Part shown: positions 1-14,048 of the stretch, piece by piece
Position numbering within the stretch: the first letter of the stretch is position 1
How the letters are laid out: every line of letters begins with the position of its first letter
Source: Octopus sinensis
Lineage: Eukaryota
DNA: 64,000 bases
Direction of reading: 5' to 3'
NCBI RefSeq assembly: GCF_006345805.1
Contig: NC_043010.1
Coordinates: forward strand, 58,962,001 to 59,026,000
The notes under the pieces: generated by a model
The model's database searches: none
What the model saw: only the letters and a program-made list of their open reading frames with translations
What the model was told of the DNA's origin: nothing
Position numbers and translations under genes: made by a program

Positions 1-27
1 AACTTGCACAGCAAGCAATATATTGCA

Positions 28-58
<31 letters not shown>

Positions 59-1191
59 CTTTGTCTGTTTCCAGTTTTGTTAATAGGACCCATTGTTGTT
101 GCTCAGCCCCAAGCCATCCTGGATCAATCAAACCTATTATCAAAACTGTTCCATCCACAACCATCACAATTCCATTGTCCTACCTTATCTGAAAGAGAGT
201 TCTTGCTACTATTTCTAGTGAGTCAAACAACCACATGGAGACTCACTGACTCATATTAACTTGTTGCTGAATACCATATTAGTGCTCCAACATGGCCATG
301 GTAAACTGGCTGGAAGCAGCGGAAGAGGAACAAAATTTTAAGAAATGAAATAATTTATTGGCTTCAAACAGTAAAAGAAGCAAAGAGGACCCCTCATGGT
401 TTGGGTCCCCTTGGCTAATGGGGGTCGGGTAGGACAACCACCATCAACCCTAATTTTGGAACCTCCATGACTTAGGAACAGATTAAACAGCGAACATGAC
501 CTCTACATGACTGGTAAAGGGATAGGGCAGTGATGAGGGCTCTGTTTAGGGCTCATGAAGTGGAGTAGAAGTGAGGAAGCTACCTTCAAACTAATTTATT
601 TAAATGCTTCCTACAGAGTTGGGCACATTAAAGTGACCCCAAGGGTCACATGGTGATAGCAGTGGGAGCTGCATGGGGAAGAGCAACATGAGGTTTATGG
701 GGACAAGAAACTGGAGAAGATGGTAATAGGGAACTTACATCAGAGATGAACAAAGTACAGGGCATTGCTCCAGGTTGGCCACGTATACTTTACCTACTTC
801 GGTTGAGTAAAGAATCCTATCATAGCTTCATTCATAATAAGGCCATCTTTTATTACACACACACACACACACACACACATGTATGTGCATATATATATGT
901 GTATGTATATGTACATGTATATGCATATATGCATGTGTACACACACACGCACACACATATATATATATACAAATGCATGTATGAAATTATATATATATAC
1001 ATACATATACATACATACATATATATACATGTATATAAACACACATATATATATATAAGAACATATCTACTATATATATATATATATATACGTTTGTATT
1101 TATGTATGCATATGACCTTGAAGAGCCCCTGGAGGAAGCAGATATATATATTTTATTCATCTCATACATATTGATAAAAAGACTGTGTAAG

Positions 1192-1222
<31 letters not shown>

Positions 1223-1385
1223 CATATGCATATGTGTGGGTGTCTGTGGGTGTGTCTATACATTTCATCTATATGCATGAGGTGGAAAGAATATATGTGT
1301 GTGTGTGGATGGACACATATATGCATATATATGTATATATATGTATATATGTATATATATTTATATGTATATTAATGTGTGTGTG

Positions 1386-1431
<46 letters not shown>

Positions 1432-1667
1432 ATATATGTATATACATATATATATAAATACATACATGCATGCATACATACATACATACATACATACATA
1501 CATACATACAGACAGACAGACAGACAGACAGACATATATATATATACATACATATATATATATATCTTTATGAATATACATATATATTAATATCTGCAAA
1601 TACATATGTACATTTCATATATATATATATATATATAATATATATATAATATATATATATATACACA

Positions 1668-1757
<90 letters not shown>

Positions 1758-2006
1758 ATATATATATGTATGTATATATATATATGTGTGTGTCTTTGTG
1801 CATGTATGTATATATATTTACAAAATTATGCATGTATGGAAATAGATGTGTGTGTGTGTGTGTGTAATCAGTGTGTATATTCCCCTATGAATATTGCTAC
1901 TTATTAAAACAGCCCAGTCAGCAATCTATGCATTTATACACACCACAGTCGAATCAGATCTTATAGAAACTTGAGTCAGCATTCTGTACAAAAACACCAC
2001 AGGTAG

Positions 2007-2040
<34 letters not shown>

Positions 2041-2062
2041 CGTATGTGTGACTATATACATT

Positions 2063-2103
<41 letters not shown>

Positions 2104-2403
2104 ACACACATACACATTCATACAAACATATATACACACACATCTACATATATATGTATATATATATATATTTATACATATTTAAACATATACATGTACA
2201 CACACACACACACACACGCATTAGTGCCACTGTTGTTAATATACAACAGCCAGAAATATATAGACAATGTACTACAATGTTATATATACACCTGAGTTAT
2301 CTGTATATTATATACATCTGTGTGGTCAATGTCTAAACGATATAAGTTGTGTATACATACCAGAGCCAGCAATATACATACACACACATGCATATATACA
2401 CAC

Positions 2404-2434
<31 letters not shown>

Positions 2435-2562
2435 TATACATACATACACACACATATATATATGTATATGTATATTTATATGTGCATATACATATACATA
2501 CATGTATGTATATATATATGTGTGTGTGTGTATACATATATATATATACATGTTTGTATGTT

Positions 2563-2602
<40 letters not shown>

Positions 2603-3084
2603 TTACCATGCCCATACATTTATAAAAGAGAGAGAAAGAAAGTGCAAAGTCAGCAATAAATATGATATATATACCTGACTAAGGGATATATATTATACAG
2701 CACTGTATTCAATGTTTAGTCTCAACAAACAGTATATATATACACCAGATCCAGCGGTATATATATATAATATGCACTCCAAATCTTCCAGCTTTATATA
2801 GTCCAGCCAGTATTTAATATACACACTCAAACACACACACACACACACATATATGTATGTGTGTGTGTATGTATGTACAAATGAGCATCATATATATTAT
2901 TTTTAACATGTAATCAGTATATAGACAAGGAAGGCAGGGTGTATATAAAAGAGCCAGTTGTATACATATACATAATATATAATATATAAAATATACACAC
3001 ATAGATCCAACAGGTTATACACCCCAGTCAGCAATACACAAGAATATATATACACACTAGTCAGCAATATATATATATATGATG

Positions 3085-3131
<47 letters not shown>

Positions 3132-3863
3132 AAAGTCAACTATATATGAATAAGTGTAGAGTGAAGACAAAGTATGGAACAGACAATATAGATATGTGTA
3201 TATATGTATATATACTCACCAGAGCCAGTAGTATATACACACACAGAGGATATATATATATGTATATGTATATATACAGTACTCCTCCATAAACCTGCTA
3301 CTCTCCAGACAACTGGTGAATTGGTTGCACAGTGGAGAGACAGGCTGAGTCTCTGGTGTGTGTTTACATTTGTGTCTGTCCATGTATATATATATATGTA
3401 TGGATATGTATGTGTGGATGTGTGGATGAATGCATAGGTGTGTGTGTGAGGAGGTCTGTGTGCGTTTGTTTACACATGTGTCTGTACATGTACGTATATG
3501 CATATGTGTGTGTGTGTGTGGATGGGGATGTGTGAATGTATGTATGGCTGTATATGTATGTGCATAGCTGTGTGTGTGTGTGTGTCTGTTTATGATTGTG
3601 TCTGTATTTGTATGTAAATGGATGTGTGTGTGTGTATGCCTGTTTAAACTTGTGTCTGTATATGGATGTATCTGTATGTGTGTGTGTGTGTGTGTATGTA
3701 TAGATGTATATGTAGGCTTGTGTATAGCTGTGTGTCCTGTTTACACTTCTGTTTCTACATGTATGTATATGTGTGTGTTTTGTCTATGTGAAGGTATATA
3801 TATGTATGAGTGTAGATGTGCATGTATGTATGTATGTACAAGTGCATGTAAAGAGTGTTTAAA

Positions 3864-3923
<60 letters not shown>

Positions 3924-4366
3924 ATATATTTATGTGTGTGTGTTTAATGGTGCCTGTGCATGTGTATAAGTGTTTTCACTGTGTGTGTCAGTGTGTGTTG
4001 ATGCATGTCTGTGATATACTTCTATCTGTCTATGTGCATGTGTGGAACTGATTGTTGTTTTGTATGTGTGGGGGAGGGTGTCAGGACTTTTGAATGTTTG
4101 TGCGTCTATCTATCTATCTGTCTATCTTGTATATTTGTGCATGTATATCTAGCTACCCATCTATCTATATGTCTATATATCTATATCTATAGATACATAA
4201 ATAGATAGATAGATAGATACCTACTTACAAAAAGAAAACTGAAAGAGAAAAGTGGAGAGAAGACATGGGACAGAAATTGATACATAGATAGAAAGACAGA
4301 CAGACAGACAGATAGAGAGAGAGATGGATAGATAGATGGATGGACAGACAGACAGACAGACAGATT

Positions 4367-4428
<62 letters not shown>

Positions 4429-4596
4429 GATAAATGGATAGATAGATGATACATAGAAAGATAGACAGACGGATAGATAGATAGAAAAGATAGATAGATA
4501 GAGAGAGAGAGATTGATAGATAGATAGATAGATAGATAGATAGAGATAGATAGATAGATAGATAGATATAGATAGATAGATAGATAGATAGAGATG

Positions 4597-4646
<50 letters not shown>

Positions 4647-4672
4647 GATAGATAGATAGATTAGATAGATAG

Positions 4673-4720
<48 letters not shown>

Positions 4721-4722
<2 letters not shown>

Positions 4723-4887
4723 ATGATACATAGATAGACAGACGGATAGATAGATAGATATGTTTCTTTATTAGCCATAGTTAGATAGATAGATAGATAC
4801 AGAGACAGACAGACACACACACACAGACATACCATCTGACCGACAGACAGACAAACTGAAAGATAATCAGGCAGAGAGACAAATCAG

Positions 4888-4958
<71 letters not shown>

Positions 4959-5121
4959 ATGATACATAGATAGACAGACGGATAGATAGATAGATATGTT
5001 TCTTTATTAGCCATAGTTAGATAGATAGATAGATACAGAGACAGACAGACACACACACAGACATACCATCTGACCGACAGACAGACAAACTGAAAGATAA
5101 TCAGGCAGAGAGACAAATCAG

Positions 5122-5200
<79 letters not shown>

Positions 5201-5363
5201 ATGATACATAGATAGACAGACGGATAGATAGATAGATATGTTTCTTTATTAGCCATAGTTAGATAGATAGATAGATACAGAGACAGACAGACACACACAC
5301 AGACATAACATCTGACCGACAGACAGACAAACTGAAAGATAATCAGGCAGAGAGACAAATCAG

Positions 5364-5394
<31 letters not shown>

Positions 5395-5556
5395 ATGATA
5401 CATAGATAGACAGACGGATAGATAGATAGATATGTTTCCTTTATTAGCCATAGTTAGATAGATAGATAGATACAGAGACAGACAGACAACACACACAGAC
5501 ATACCATCTGACCGACAGACACAAACTGAAAGATATCAGGCAGAGAGACAAATCAG

Positions 5557-5600
<44 letters not shown>
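4721..5600. repeat. Higher-order tandem repeat (4 units of about 195-240 bp) inside a (GATA)n/(GACA)n field
   Basis: A ~170-bp core (AAATGATACATAGATAGACAGACGG...TTAGCCATAG...AAACTGAAAGATAATCAGGCAGAGAGACAAATCAG) recurs at about 4721, 4957, 5199 and 5393, separated by (GATA)n tracts of different length. Confidence 0.9.
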
Positions 5601-5603
<3 letters not shown>

Positions 5604-6230
5604 AAGAGAGAGAGAAAGAGAGAGAAAGAGACAGACAGATAGCTACATAGATAGATAGACAGTCAGAGTGAATAATAGAGTGGTGGTGGGGGGGGACAAT
5701 AGAATGGAAAAGTGAGAAAAAAAATAGAATTGTAAAGTGGCAGAAAGAGAGAGAGAGAGAGAAAAGTAGTAGAAGGTGGGTGGGGGATCGGGAATGTAGT
5801 GAGAGAGAGAGAGAGAGGGAGGGAGATGGATAAAATGAAAGTGAACAAAGGGGGAGAGAAGAATAGAATGAGCGTGTGATAAGAGGGGTAGGGTGAGATG
5901 TGAGAAGATTTCTAGCAGAGTTTCCATAGCGACAGACTTTCTTAACATCAAACGGATTATAGCGGCAAAACAGTCTGCAGTTTACTGCATCTCATCATTG
6001 CATACGCACACATGCACACACACACACACACACACACATCCACAGACACACAGACACAAATAAACACAAACATATATCTTTTACATGTATAGAAACACGG
6101 ACGCACACTTGCACATGTGGAAAAAACAGATTTACAAACACGCACTCCTAGGTATTCATATATACATGTGTATGCATATATATATGTGTGTGTGTGTATT
6201 TACATACACATATATATATATGTATATACA

Positions 6231-6266
<36 letters not shown>

Positions 6267-6694
6267 CATACATGCATACATACATACATACATATATATA
6301 TATATATATGTGTGTGGTATATATATATATATGTATATATGTATATATATATATATATATACATGCATATAAATATATGTACATATATGTAACTATCTCT
6401 CTCTCTTTCATAATATATATATACATATATACATACACACACATATATAAATGCATACATATATATATATATATGTATATATAATATGTATATATAATAT
6501 GTATATATATATATATTTACAGACATACACCTTCATACACACATATACACACACTCCAAGGATGACACGCGAAACCATGAAGCGTTCCACATTTTTTTCC
6601 ATTTTCTCTCAATCTCACACACTTTCTCCTGTATTTATTATATGACTATATTGAGCATACAAACCTATATATATATATAATATTATATATAACA

Positions 6695-6794
6695 NNNNNN
6701 NNNNNNNNNNNNNNNNNNNNNNNNNNNNNNNNNNNNNNNNNNNNNNNNNNNNNNNNNNNNNNNNNNNNNNNNNNNNNNNNNNNNNNNNNNNNNN
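6695..6794. other. Assembly gap (exactly 100 N)
   Basis: Run of 100 N; a round number suggests a placeholder of unknown true size. Confidence 0.99.
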
Positions 6795-6879
6795 TTCTCC
6801 TGAGGCTAAATTACAGTAACATTCATCCTAAACCAGGACTGTCATGTTATGTTGGCAAATAATCTTTACTGTATGGGGA

Positions 6880-8220
6880 TGGTTGCATTATTTATCCATA
6901 AGCATCAGCTTTTGCAATTCACTTAGCTTTAAGATTGCCAGGAATTTAGCCAACATGTTTGTTTGCTCCTTTTGATACCATTCCAAGGGCCCCATTAACA
7001 ATGACCAATGCTGTTGCTTTGAGATGCCATATTCTTCCAATTTCTATCTCCAAGCCCTTATATTTACTCAATTTCTCAAGTGCTTTCAGAGATGTGCTTT
7101 TGTGAGCTGGGGCTTCAACATCCATTCAAAGACATGTCTTTCTTCCACCATTATTCCCCATAATTCTCCCTGTTCAGTTAATCTGTATTTCCCAATCAGT
7201 CTGAACACTGTCATTCCAAAGGATGGTAACTTCTGAATTCTGGACAACTTGTGGTGGTTTATGTTCCCATCAATTCTCTCTTTGTGATGGTGGAGGCATG
7301 TACGGCATATTGACCAGTGGTCATACTGAACTGCCCCATCATGTCTTTGCAACTATTCTGTTGGTGCCAGTCTGCTGCATCCAGAGATTATGTGCTTGAT
7401 TGTCTCTGAGTGTTCCCTGCATACATGACGGAATGGCCTGCTTTCATGTTTCAGAACATTCTACTAGTGACCCTTTGTGAGAGGGCACTGATCCAAAGCA
7501 GCAATAACATAACCCTCAGTTTCCAGTTCAAGACCAGAGCAGGCAAACCACCAATGGCTAAGATCTACATCAGAGGTCCTGGCTCTGCCCAGGTATTTGC
7601 CATGCATGGGTTTTGCACCCATTTCTCCTTAGTATATTGGAGGCTGGTTTGTTTGGCTATATTTTGTTTTGCCATCTCAGTTGAGGACACATTTTCATTG
7701 GATTCTGGTTCATCTGGCTGCATTTCCTACAGGTAGATAATTGCACTTTTCATCACAGAGTGCAACTTTCTAGCATCTTCAGGCTTCAGAACCAGCTTTA
7801 CCATTCCAGTCATTCGATTCCTGTAGATTGACAGAAAGTCCTGTGGTTGAAAGTCCTTCAATGCAAACTGAGACTGTATCAGCCCCTGCTTTTCTCAAAA
7901 GATTCATTTGGTCTCTGTCTGCTTTTGGGTGAGGCATAGAATGCATTGTCATCAGCTGATGACAAAATCTTGAAGCTGATGGCCATGCATGGCAAGCCTT
8001 GGCCAACATTTTCCTGCATACAATAGTGGCAGCATAGAGTAAGTCACTCAAGGATACCACATCCAGTTCATTTTGGTTTAGAATGGACTTAAGGGCCATC
8101 TTCACCCACCTCACAGATTGTTTTATTATGTTTGTTACTATTGTAGATCTTAGAAAGGTCACTCTGTTCCATCAGGTTCATATTTTGGACTCTGAGCCAT
8201 TCCGTAATTATTTACACTTC
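6880..8220 (-). mobile_element. Decayed non-LTR retrotransposon, R4/Dong-like (restriction-like endonuclease), 3' part
   Basis: Minus-strand translation with stops/frameshifts gives MTMHSMPHPKADRDQ, KPMHGKY, a CCHC knuckle region ending QRHD, and EKLSKYKGLEIEIGRIWHLK...NGALG, all typical of RLE-clade LINE C-termini. Confidence 0.85.
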
Positions 8221-8261
8221 AAATTCTGTCAGATCTTCTGTCCCAATATCAACATTATGTA

Positions 8262-8672
8262 GGCGCAGGAGTGGCTGTGTGGTAAGTAGCTTGCTTACCA
8301 ACCACATGGTTCCGGGTTCAGTCCCACTGTGTGGCATCTTGGACAAGTGTCTTCTACTATAGTCTCGGGCCGACCAAAGCCTTGTGAGTGGATTTGGTAG
8401 ACGGAAACTGAAAGAAGCCTGTCGTATATATGTATATATATGCATGTGTGTGTATATGTTTGTGTGTCTGTGTTTGTCCCTCTAGCATTGCTTGACAACC
8501 GATGCTGGTGTGTTTACATCCCCGTCACTTGGCGGTTCGGCAAAAGAGACCGATAGAATAAGTACTGGGCTTACAAAGAATAAGTCCCAGGGTCGATTTG
8601 CTCAACTAAAGGCGGTGCTCCAGCATGGCCGCAGTCAAAATGACTGAAACAAGTAAAAGAGTAAAAGAGTAT
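8262..8672 (+). mobile_element. tRNA-derived SINE, family A (CORE-like body, internal microsatellite), near full length
   Basis: A-box TGGCTGTGTGG, B-box-like GGTTCAGTCCC, CORE-like GGCATCTTGGACAAGTG, internal (TA)/(TG) tract, tail ending GACTGAAACAAGTAAAAGA; several homologous copies in the window. Confidence 0.9.
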
Positions 8673-9004
8673 GTTTTTCTACAATGGTTTCACCTCCAGG
8701 GAATCTATTGAAGTTCTTTATTATTTTATGTCATATTCTTTGTTTCTTCCTGTGAAACTTTTCTTCACTCTGACATCATAATTTCTGACTGGTCGTTTTT
8801 CACTTGTATTCACTGAGTTGTTTCTCAAATCTTAGTCTTTTATTTGGTCATTTTCAGTCTTAATCAATAGTTCCTGATTTATATTTCTGCTTACATTTGC
8901 AAGTTTGTCACTGTTTTGTGTTCAGTCTAATTTGCTTTGCTTATTCTTTATTATTATTGTCTGATGTTATGCATACAGTCCTATATTTAAGAGATGAGGA
9001 ATTA

Positions 9005-9147
9005 TGTACATTATTTACATTTGACGGATATTTGTCCTCATCTTGTTGTTGTTACACAACATTTCAGCTGCTATACCTCCAGCCTTCATCAGGGTCTGGG
9101 GAAATTCAACCTGGGTTCTCATTCCTAAAGTATTTTCGATGTTGTTG

Positions 9148-9184
<37 letters not shown>

Positions 9185-9222
9185 CATTATTATTTTTCAG
9201 GTCACTGCCTGGAATCGAACTT
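9005..9222 (-). mobile_element. tRNA-derived SINE family E, 5'-truncated copy with hammerhead-like tail
   Basis: Reverse complement of 9290-9615: retains B-box AGTTCGATTCC, (AAT)n linker and the tail CTGATGA-A-GGCTG...CAGCT-GAAA. Confidence 0.8.
9053..9096 (-). ncRNA. Minimal type I hammerhead ribozyme motif (slightly decayed)
   Basis: GACC-CUGAUGA-A-GGCUG[GAGGUAUAG]CAGCU-GAAA-U-GUU-GUGUA: intact core boxes and 5-bp stem II; stem I damaged by a 1-nt deletion. Confidence 0.65.
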
Positions 9223-9234
9223 GCCATATGCCCG

Positions 9235-9400
9235 TGGGTATATAGTATAGTGGTTAAGAGCGTGGGCTACTAACCCCAAGATTGTGAGTTCAATTCCGGG
9301 CAGTGACCTGAATAAGGTGTTACCTTAGTTCACTGATAGTGAACAGCTGACACTGTAGCACATCTCCGGCATTAGAAGCTGTGCAAAGACAGTAATAATG

Positions 9401-9458
<58 letters not shown>

Positions 9459-9615
9459 CATCGTAAAATACCTTAAGAATGAGAATCCAGGTTTGAAATT
9501 TCCCCAAGACACCTGATAAAGGCTGGAGGGTATATCAGCAAGAAACGTTGTGTTGACAACAAACAAGATGAGGACAAATATCCATCAAATGTAAATAATG
9601 TAAATAATGTATTAC
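9235..9615 (+). mobile_element. tRNA-derived SINE family E (tRNA-Ser-like head, (AAT)n linker, hammerhead-like tail)
   Basis: A-box TAGTATAGTGG, anticodon-like arm GGG-CTACTAA-CCC, B-box-like GAGTTCAATTCC, ~80-bp interruption, (AAT)n, then a tail homologous to 9005-9150. Confidence 0.8.
9508..9554 (+). ncRNA. Minimal type I hammerhead ribozyme motif (core mutated)
   Basis: GACAC-CUGAUAA-A-GGCUG[GAGGGUAUAU]CAGCA-A-GAAAC-GUU-GUGUU: stem I GACAC/GUGUU and palindromic AACGUU intact, G8 and base of stem II mutated. Confidence 0.6.
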
Positions 9616-9639
9616 ATTTAGAATCAATGTCCTTGGTAC

Positions 9640-11795
9640 CATTTTCCTTCGATATCAAGGACCTTTCAAATGATCCTTGCTGTTCTTAACAGAACTGATT
9701 TCTGTTTGAATGATGCAATTCTTCTTGTTACTCCAATCTCAATAAGCTAACTACCTAGTCTGTTGGTAATGGTGCCATTACCCAGTCAATAATTACTGGG
9801 ATTACTTTTGCAGACACCCTCCACAGTCTTTGCATTTCCCAAGCAAAGTCCTGGTATTTTCCTATTTCTCTATCTTCATTGATCACCAGATTCCTATCAT
9901 CTGATGCACAGCCACATCTATGATGATTCACTCGCTTGACATCTTGCCCAGAATGACAGTACCTGGTTGTCTTAGTTGGATCTCATGGTCAGTCTCTACA
10001 GCAATGTCCCATAAGACCTTAAACTGATCGTTCCCTGTCACACTCTCTGGTTGAGGTTGGTACCGTTTTCTTCTTCCTTCAGACCCTCTTTGTTTTAGTA
10101 TGTCCCAGTGTAATGCTTTGGCTACCCCTATATTCCCTCTGTGCCAAAGGACCACAAGAGCTCATCATGTGCACAATGGACTCTTCTTTCTCCTTTCACT
10201 TTCAGCACTTTCCCCTGTTCAGTATAGTCTTGCCTTAATGGTATTCTTTCATAATGTCTGGCTTTGATCCTTCCATTTCATTGCTGAGTTCTCTGTTCTT
10301 CAACCATAACCAATATTCATCTGTTGCAGCATCCTGAATTTGTCTGAGATGCAAACCACAAAGCTCTCTTCCCCAAATGTTTCTTTCTCACTCCTCTTGG
10401 CTTCGTCTATTCTTTCACCTTCTCCACTGATTCTTTCTCCTCTCTTCTGGCAGCTCAAAAATCAGTCTTTCTCAGTTGCTTCTCGCACACTTTTGTATAT
10501 CATGTTCTGCCATCTCTATCGTCACCAGTTCTCTCCCTCCTTCCCTCCTTCCATGGTAGGTATAACCTATCAACATTGTCTCTCTATAATGCAATGACCT
10601 AAACATGGACATTATCTTTCTGGTTTTACAGTCTACGTCTCTTAATTCTTCCCTTGTCCAGTTCAGGAAAGCAGCAGACTCTCTTACTAGGTCACACTGC
10701 CCATGCACGGAGATGCTTTTACTGCCATTCAGTTTTGAATATTTCTCCTAAAATGTTCATTTCTCACCTTATTCTTCATTTCTTCACAAAGAATTCCATC
10801 TTCCTCCAATAAACCCAGAATCTTGTAACTTTCACTTTCCTTTATTGTTTTGGGAGTTTAATCCTTTCTGCCATAAATATTTATCCTCTCTTTATTTCTA
10901 GCACCACACTCTGCTCTATTCTAAACTTCAGACCAGTGTTATCACTCATGACTCTAACAATTTGGACCAATAAATCTAAAGATTTTTCACTTTTGACAAA
11001 TAATTTCATGTCATCCATCAACAGGAGGGAATTAATTTTCTCATCACTGTTAAATACAAAGCATGATTTAACCTCTCTGAAACAGGAATAAGAACAATCT
11101 CGAAGAGCAATGGCAAGTATGAACCAACTGGGAATATGGCCCTTTCCTATGCTAACTTTGCCTAACTTATCTTGATATGATGTTAGTGCAGTTCTGTATT
11201 TTGGTATTTTAAGAACCGATAACATTCTCAGTTATCCCAAATACATTGAGGCATTCTTGGATCCATGACTGGAATGCTTTAATATGACTTTTGGTAACCA
11301 ATCCATGCAGTTGCTAAGCTTTTCTTTCTGCTTTTGACTTCTCAAGGGACATGTTGATCTATATATATATAAAAGTTCATTTGTCTCTCAAGAACCCTTT
11401 CTATGCATTTTCTATTTTTCTGGCAGTCAATCGCCCCTCCCCTCCCCCCTCCTTGAGGTACTTTGCCATAATGTCTGTCAACAACTCCCACATCAGTGGA
11501 AGATATGATATTGGTTGGTATTTACTTGTTATATTTCCTTTCTTTTGATATTTTGCTCTCAACACCATCCTGCTTTTCCTCATCCATTCAGGGACATTTG
11601 TTTCAGTACAACTATTTAGTTGTGCATTCATTCAATCATGAAGTGCAGTGGAACTTTTTAACCAAGATCCTCGTCCAGGAGATGTTCAGTTTCGCATCCC
11701 CTTTAAGGCATTTTCCAACTTTTCTCTTGTGATCTCTAAGTTTCTTTCTTTTGGTAAATTTGAAATATTTGCTTTTATCTTCTTTTTTTTAAACT
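9640..11795 (-). mobile_element. Decayed R4/Dong-like LINE: reverse transcriptase, CCHC and RLE regions
   Basis: VPEWM...KYQPISYLPLMWELLT (RT start), INSLLLMDDMKLF (catalytic), VDCKTRKIMSMFRSLH, YQPQPESV...KVLWDIAVETDHEI (RLE). Confidence 0.9.
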
Positions 11796-11799
11796 TGGA

Positions 11800-12207
11800 G
11801 TGAGGATATCACAGGCTCAAAAGACAGAAAGAGAATCTTGGGGGGAAAAGGTGATTGCAAAGACAGGTAGACTTGTTACGAAAAGTCTTTGTGTGGCTAG
11901 GGATTCTTTGCAGCAGGGGTGGTCAGATAAAGATTATATTCCATGAAGCAATCCAAAGGATAAAAGAGAGAAATGGAATAATTAAAAGAAAGGATAACAT
12001 TAAAAGGAACCAAAATCAAGAGATACAACAATAAAATGGTTTAAACGAAATGAAATGTTTGAAACAAGGCAAAGCAGATTCCACAAGAAATTGAATGGAG
12101 ATGCTATGGTGTACATACCACCCGAAAAGGAGAAGACAAAAGAATTCTGGAGAGGCATTTTGGAGTCAAGAAGTGAAGCACAATAGCAATGCAGAATGGC
12201 TTCTGAA
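11800..12207 (+). mobile_element. Inverted 5' segment of the same R4/Dong-like LINE
   Basis: Plus strand reads LKERITLKGTKIKRY...RNEMFETRQSRFHKKLNG...KEFWRGI...HNSNAEWL, the pre-RT region that directly precedes the sequence starting at ~11795 on minus. Confidence 0.75.
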
Positions 12208-12209
12208 AA

Positions 12210-12243
<34 letters not shown>

Positions 12244-12920
12244 GCATGTATGTATGAGAAAGAATATTATTGCACTTATAGATGCATACATGGGTATGCA
12301 GGTGTAAGATAGATGTGCACCTGTATATGTGTGCAAGGGTATATATGCACATATTTGATACGTATGTGTATGTGTGTGTATGTACAATGTAGGTTGTGCA
12401 TACATCTTTGTGATAGATTCCCATAAATATGGATGAGATTTCTGTATCACATTTATACATACATGCAGAATCTTATAAGTTGCGGTATGTGTTGAGGTTT
12501 GTTATGCATTGGTGATGATCATTATACAGCAGAGAGTGTGAAGTGCAGATGTATATGTGTGTGAGTGTGTAAGCATGCATATATATGCTATGAATATGTA
12601 GACATTTATGAATATGTAGATAGTTGCACCAAAATAGTTGCTATATATAGCCTTGTGCACAATGTTCCAGAATGGAGTGGCTAGCTGAGAAAATCTTTAA
12701 ATCATGCATACATACATACATACATACATACATATACATACATATATATATATATATATATAGATATATATATATATATTATTATATATATATATATATA
12801 GATATGCACATATCATAAATACATATCAATGTGTATACATGCAATATAAAATATAGAACTATGCATATACATTTATGTACATATATATACATATATACAC
12901 ACACACACACTCACACACAC

Positions 12921-12959
<39 letters not shown>

Positions 12960-14005
12960 AATATCTTCATTTTTGTCCTGGTGTAAATATTTACGCTAAT
13001 ATAAAACCCATGTATTATACATCAGTTTACTTTGTATGAGCCCATGTGCATTTTATTTCTCTTTTCATTCAACACACACTTTCACACACACTTTCACACA
13101 CACACACACCACACACACACACACGTCTGTATTTCAGTATGTGTCAGCACAAAACCAGACAAACAGTCTCACATACACACACACACACACATTTGCATGT
13201 ATGTATGCAGTGCAGCTATAAAGCTGGTCGTGTGTGTGGTGGTGTGTGAGGGTAGATCCTCTGCTGGTGTCTGTATTAGTGAGGAATATATAAACAGCTA
13301 CGTCCATATATCAAACAATAATCTATATTTATACATTGTACGATATCACATGAGAATATCAGACCATGATTAATGATCACGCTTAGAAGACACTGACTGT
13401 GTACATAAACACACACACAGCCATACATACATACATACATACATACGTATATACACACATGAATACAGCCAGCCAACCAGCCACACACACATATTATTAA
13501 ATATATAAAACATATATGCACATTATCATTATATATAATATATAATATATATATATACTATTATATATATATATATATTATATATATGTATGTATGTATA
13601 TGTATATATATATATGTATGTGTATGTATATATATATATGTATGTGTATGTGTGTGGATGGTGTTGGTAATGTCTGTATATTGCAGCATAGAATTTATTT
13701 TATGTTGCATCTCTGTGTACATGTATGTGTATGTGTATATTTCTGTGTGTGCGTGTATGTGTGTGTGTATATTTCTGTGTGTGTGTGTGTGTGTGCGTGT
13801 GTTTGTTTGTTTTATAGGTCATCGTTTATTAGAATCTGTGTTTGCGTATGTGTACATGTGTGTATGCGTGTGTTTGTATATACGCATATATGCACACATG
13901 TCTATATGTGTGTGTGTGTGTATGATTATGTATAAGTTTATAGAAATATATGTATGAGCCAATAGATCTGTGTGTATATGTGTGCCTGTATGCGTATGTA
14001 TGTAT

Positions 14006-14048
<43 letters not shown>

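Noticed and set aside
385-430. GGACCC/GGGTCC and GACCCC/GGGGTC pairings that hinted at an HDV-like ribozyme
   Set aside because: Could not assign P2, P3 or a catalytic J4/2; only competing simple hairpins.
5920-5933. X-box-like GTTTCCATAGCGAC
   Set aside because: No nearby gene evidence and roughly chance frequency for this degenerate motif.
746-6645. Dozens of ORFs rich in Y/I/H/T/C/V/M (also throughout 12.7-16 kb, 22.5-25 kb, 35.3-37.3 kb)
   Set aside because: Translations of (TA)n, (CA)n, (CATA)n and (GATA)n; no domain content.
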